A stretch of DNA of 20,000 bases from Barthelona sp. PAP020. Its lineage: Eukaryota. Where the stretch lies: contig JARQWU010000025.1 in NCBI GenBank assembly GCA_040182905.1, positions 51,166 to 71,165 on the forward strand, read 5' to 3'. The notes under the pieces were generated by a model. That model saw only the letters and a list, made by a program, of their open reading frames with translations, had not been told where the DNA came from and searched no databases. The position numbers and the translations under genes were made by a program. Each line of letters starts with the position of its first letter. Within the stretch, counting starts at the first letter, position 1. Below are positions 18,349 through 20,000 of this stretch, piece after piece.

Positions 18349-18418
18349 AAAATCAGGAGTAAAAACTAGCCTGTCATCAGTTCTCAGACTGGGGCGGCGA
18401 ATAATCTCATCATGAAAA
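18349..18418 (-). ncRNA. Box C/D snoRNA, predicted guide for LSU rRNA P-loop Gm (E. coli G2251 / yeast Gm2619 equivalent; snR67/SNORD31-like target)
   Basis: Minus strand: ATGATGA (C box, 18413-18407) - GATTATTCGCCGCCCCAGT - CTGA (D', 18387-18384) - GAAC - TGATGA (C', 18379-18374) - CAGGCTAGTTTTTACTC - CTGA (D, 18356-18353) - TTTTTT. The D' guide is complementary to the conserved LSU sequence (A/G)CUGGGGCGG. Exact ends are approximate. Confidence 0.88.
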
Positions 18419-18727
18419 TGAATTCAAATAGAAATACTTTTGATATTCTAAACATAAGAATTTTATTGCGCCATTGAATTACAAAAAAAATTGAATGCAA
18501 CAACACAACAAAAAAAAACAAATGTGAAATAAAACTTTTCAAAGTTTGATTTGTTTGGAATTTGAAAATATTTGTTCAACAAGAATTGTTTTAAAATCTC
18601 TTGTTGAGATATTTTTAGCTTTTATGATTTGCTTCATCAATTTGATCAAAAATACTTTACTAAAATTTCTTTGATTTCTTGTGAAGTTTCACTTTTAAAA
18701 AACCTTTCAAATATAAAAACATTTTGT

Positions 18728-19234
18728 CTATTTATTAATGGGAGGTGAGCGTTTTATTGCAAATTCATCATAATTGAAGAATTTTTGCATGATACGTACC
18801 GAAGAATCGTCAGATAACCCTTTCATTTCAAATCTTTGTGAAACAGAATCTTCATGAATACCAGAAGATGTAAATTTACATTCCTGTTCGTATTCTTTTT
18901 GACAAACAGTGGGAACAAAAACATTGGAAGTGTTATTGAAAACAGAACAACGATTAATTGGTAAAAAATTTGTCAAATGTTGAGGTTTACATAAAGTGTC
19001 CAGTGGAATCTTTCTGTTTTCATAAAGCTCTTTCAATTCTCCAAACGTCAATACAATTTCTTTGTCATAAATATCTTTATATATCCAATTTGGTGGAATA
19101 TTTTTGACATTTTTAGAATTTCTTTCTTCTTTTTCATCAGAATTTGGTTGAGTTTTGGGTTGCTGAAGAGAAGATGTTTTAACATCATCGAACAAATCGT
19201 CAATTGACTGAATTACTGTGGTTTCATTGGACAT
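18728..19234 (-). CDS. Hypothetical protein with a degenerate GYF / GYF_2 (DUF4339)-like domain
   Basis: 168 aa from ATG 19234 (MSNETTVIQ...). The ORF-track start at 19315 is a TTG. 'NWIYKDIYDKEIVLTFGELKELYENRKIPLDTLCKPQHLTNFLPI' resembles the W.Y.D....GP....L..L...g.I..dTlv pattern but lacks the GP. Confidence 0.55.
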   Translation of the reverse strand: MSNETTVIQSIDDLFDDVKTSSLQQPKTQPNSDEKEERNSKNVKNIPPNWIYKDIYDKEIVLTFGELKELYENRKIPLDTLCKPQHLTNFLPINRCSVFNNTSNVFVPTVCQKEYEQECKFTSSGIHEDSVSQRFEMKGLSDDSSVRIMQKFFNYDEFAIKRSPPINK

Positions 19235-19406
19235 AAATCTTTTTTCAAAGAACACAAACAAAAATTGTTCCAAAAAATCTGATTTAGTTTTTTTCCCCAA
19301 TTTTTGATTTTGCAAAGAATGAGTTTGTTAATGTGGTTCAAAATAAAGTTTTTACCAAGATAAGGCAATTTTTTATTTGTTATTTAAAAAATTTGACTTT
19401 TTTTTG

Positions 19407-20000
19407 ATGGGTGGTTTCAAAGAAAAACCATCACTAATGTCAACTTACACAAACACCAAATTATTAGACTTATTTTTGTCTTCCAATAACTCAAAGTTAC
19501 GAGAAGAATTCACCGAAGAGATTTTGAAGGATACTATTCAACCTTTTATTGAGCAACTTAAAGCTTTTGATGAATTGTCGGTTTTTCTCCAACCGGTGGA
19601 TGTTGAATCTTATCCTATATATGCGGAAATGATAGAATATCCAATGGATTTGACGACTATTGAAACGAAAACTTTTCAAACACAAGAGATCAATTGTTGG
19701 TATGACTTAATTGATCATATTAGACTGATGTTATCCAATTGTTTTGTATTCAATACTCCAAAATCAGATGTGTATATTTATGGTCAAAAATTCATAAAAA
19801 GATGTCATAAACATTTACTAAAAGTGTGTAAACCGCCTACACAAGCAAGAAAGATTTTGAAACCCACTATAAACAAAACTAACACTTTTTCAAAAGAGTT
19901 CTTGAAAAGATTTGGACTTAAAGCTGTTAAACGCAGAAGAAAAGTCAGTTTGAATGAATACCTTGAAACATTGAGTGGAAACGTTGGAAAGTTCTTTCCT
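19407..20000 (+). CDS. Bromodomain-containing protein, 5' part, runs off the right edge
   Basis: Not in the ORF track. The frame is open from ATG 19407 (or in-frame ATG 19437) to the window end: ...LKAFDELSVFLQPVDVESYPIYAEMIEYPMDLTTIETK...LIDHIRLMLSNCFVFNTPKSDVY... It has the F..PVD, Y...I..PMDL..I and NC..FN bromodomain hallmarks, including the acetyl-lysine-binding Asn, and a basic KRRRK patch (possible NLS) downstream. Confidence 0.92.
   Translation, partial: MGGFKEKPSLMSTYTNTKLLDLFLSSNNSKLREEFTEEILKDTIQPFIEQLKAFDELSVFLQPVDVESYPIYAEMIEYPMDLTTIETKTFQTQEINCWYDLIDHIRLMLSNCFVFNTPKSDVYIYGQKFIKRCHKHLLKVCKPPTQARKILKPTINKTNTFSKEFLKRFGLKAVKRRRKVSLNEYLETLSGNVGKFFP

Noticed and set aside
19497..19685. 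62-aa minus-strand ORF
   Set aside because: Antisense to the clear bromodomain coding frame.
1..20000. Prokaryotic or giant-virus origin of the whole window; CRISPR arrays, transposons, tRNA/rRNA genes
   Set aside because: RRP15, VPS26C, a dynein-like gene, a bromodomain gene and a C/D snoRNA indicate a eukaryotic nuclear locus. No repeat-spacer array, terminal inverted repeats, transposase or tRNA cloverleaf was seen. The rRNA-like 10-mer at 18388-18397 is explained as the snoRNA guide.

Overview
Very AT-rich, gene-dense, apparently intron-free eukaryotic DNA using the standard genetic code. It probably comes from an anaerobic flagellated protist (inferred from gene content; no taxon can be proven from the sequence). 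Left to right: 5' part of a DUF676-type lipase/esterase gene (-), RRP15 (-) head-to-head with VPS26C/DSCR3 (+) across about 60 bp, a 13.9-kb single-exon 4640-aa gene (-), an iron-sulfur flavoprotein (Isf)/FMN-reductase gene of prokaryotic type (-), a small gene resembling an uncharacterised phage/giant-virus/bacterial family (-), an intergenic box C/D snoRNA (-), a GYF-like protein (-) and the 5' part of a bromodomain gene (+). The 4640-aa protein follows dynein heavy chain architecture but seems to have lost its Walker A motifs and gained two IQ motifs and an acidic insert. The snoRNA D' guide matches the LSU rRNA P-loop site equivalent to E. coli Gm2251. The most interesting items are the candidate motor-dead IQ-bearing pseudo-dynein, the snoRNA and the adjacent pair of likely laterally acquired genes. 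All family calls are by-eye motif recognition, not database searches.
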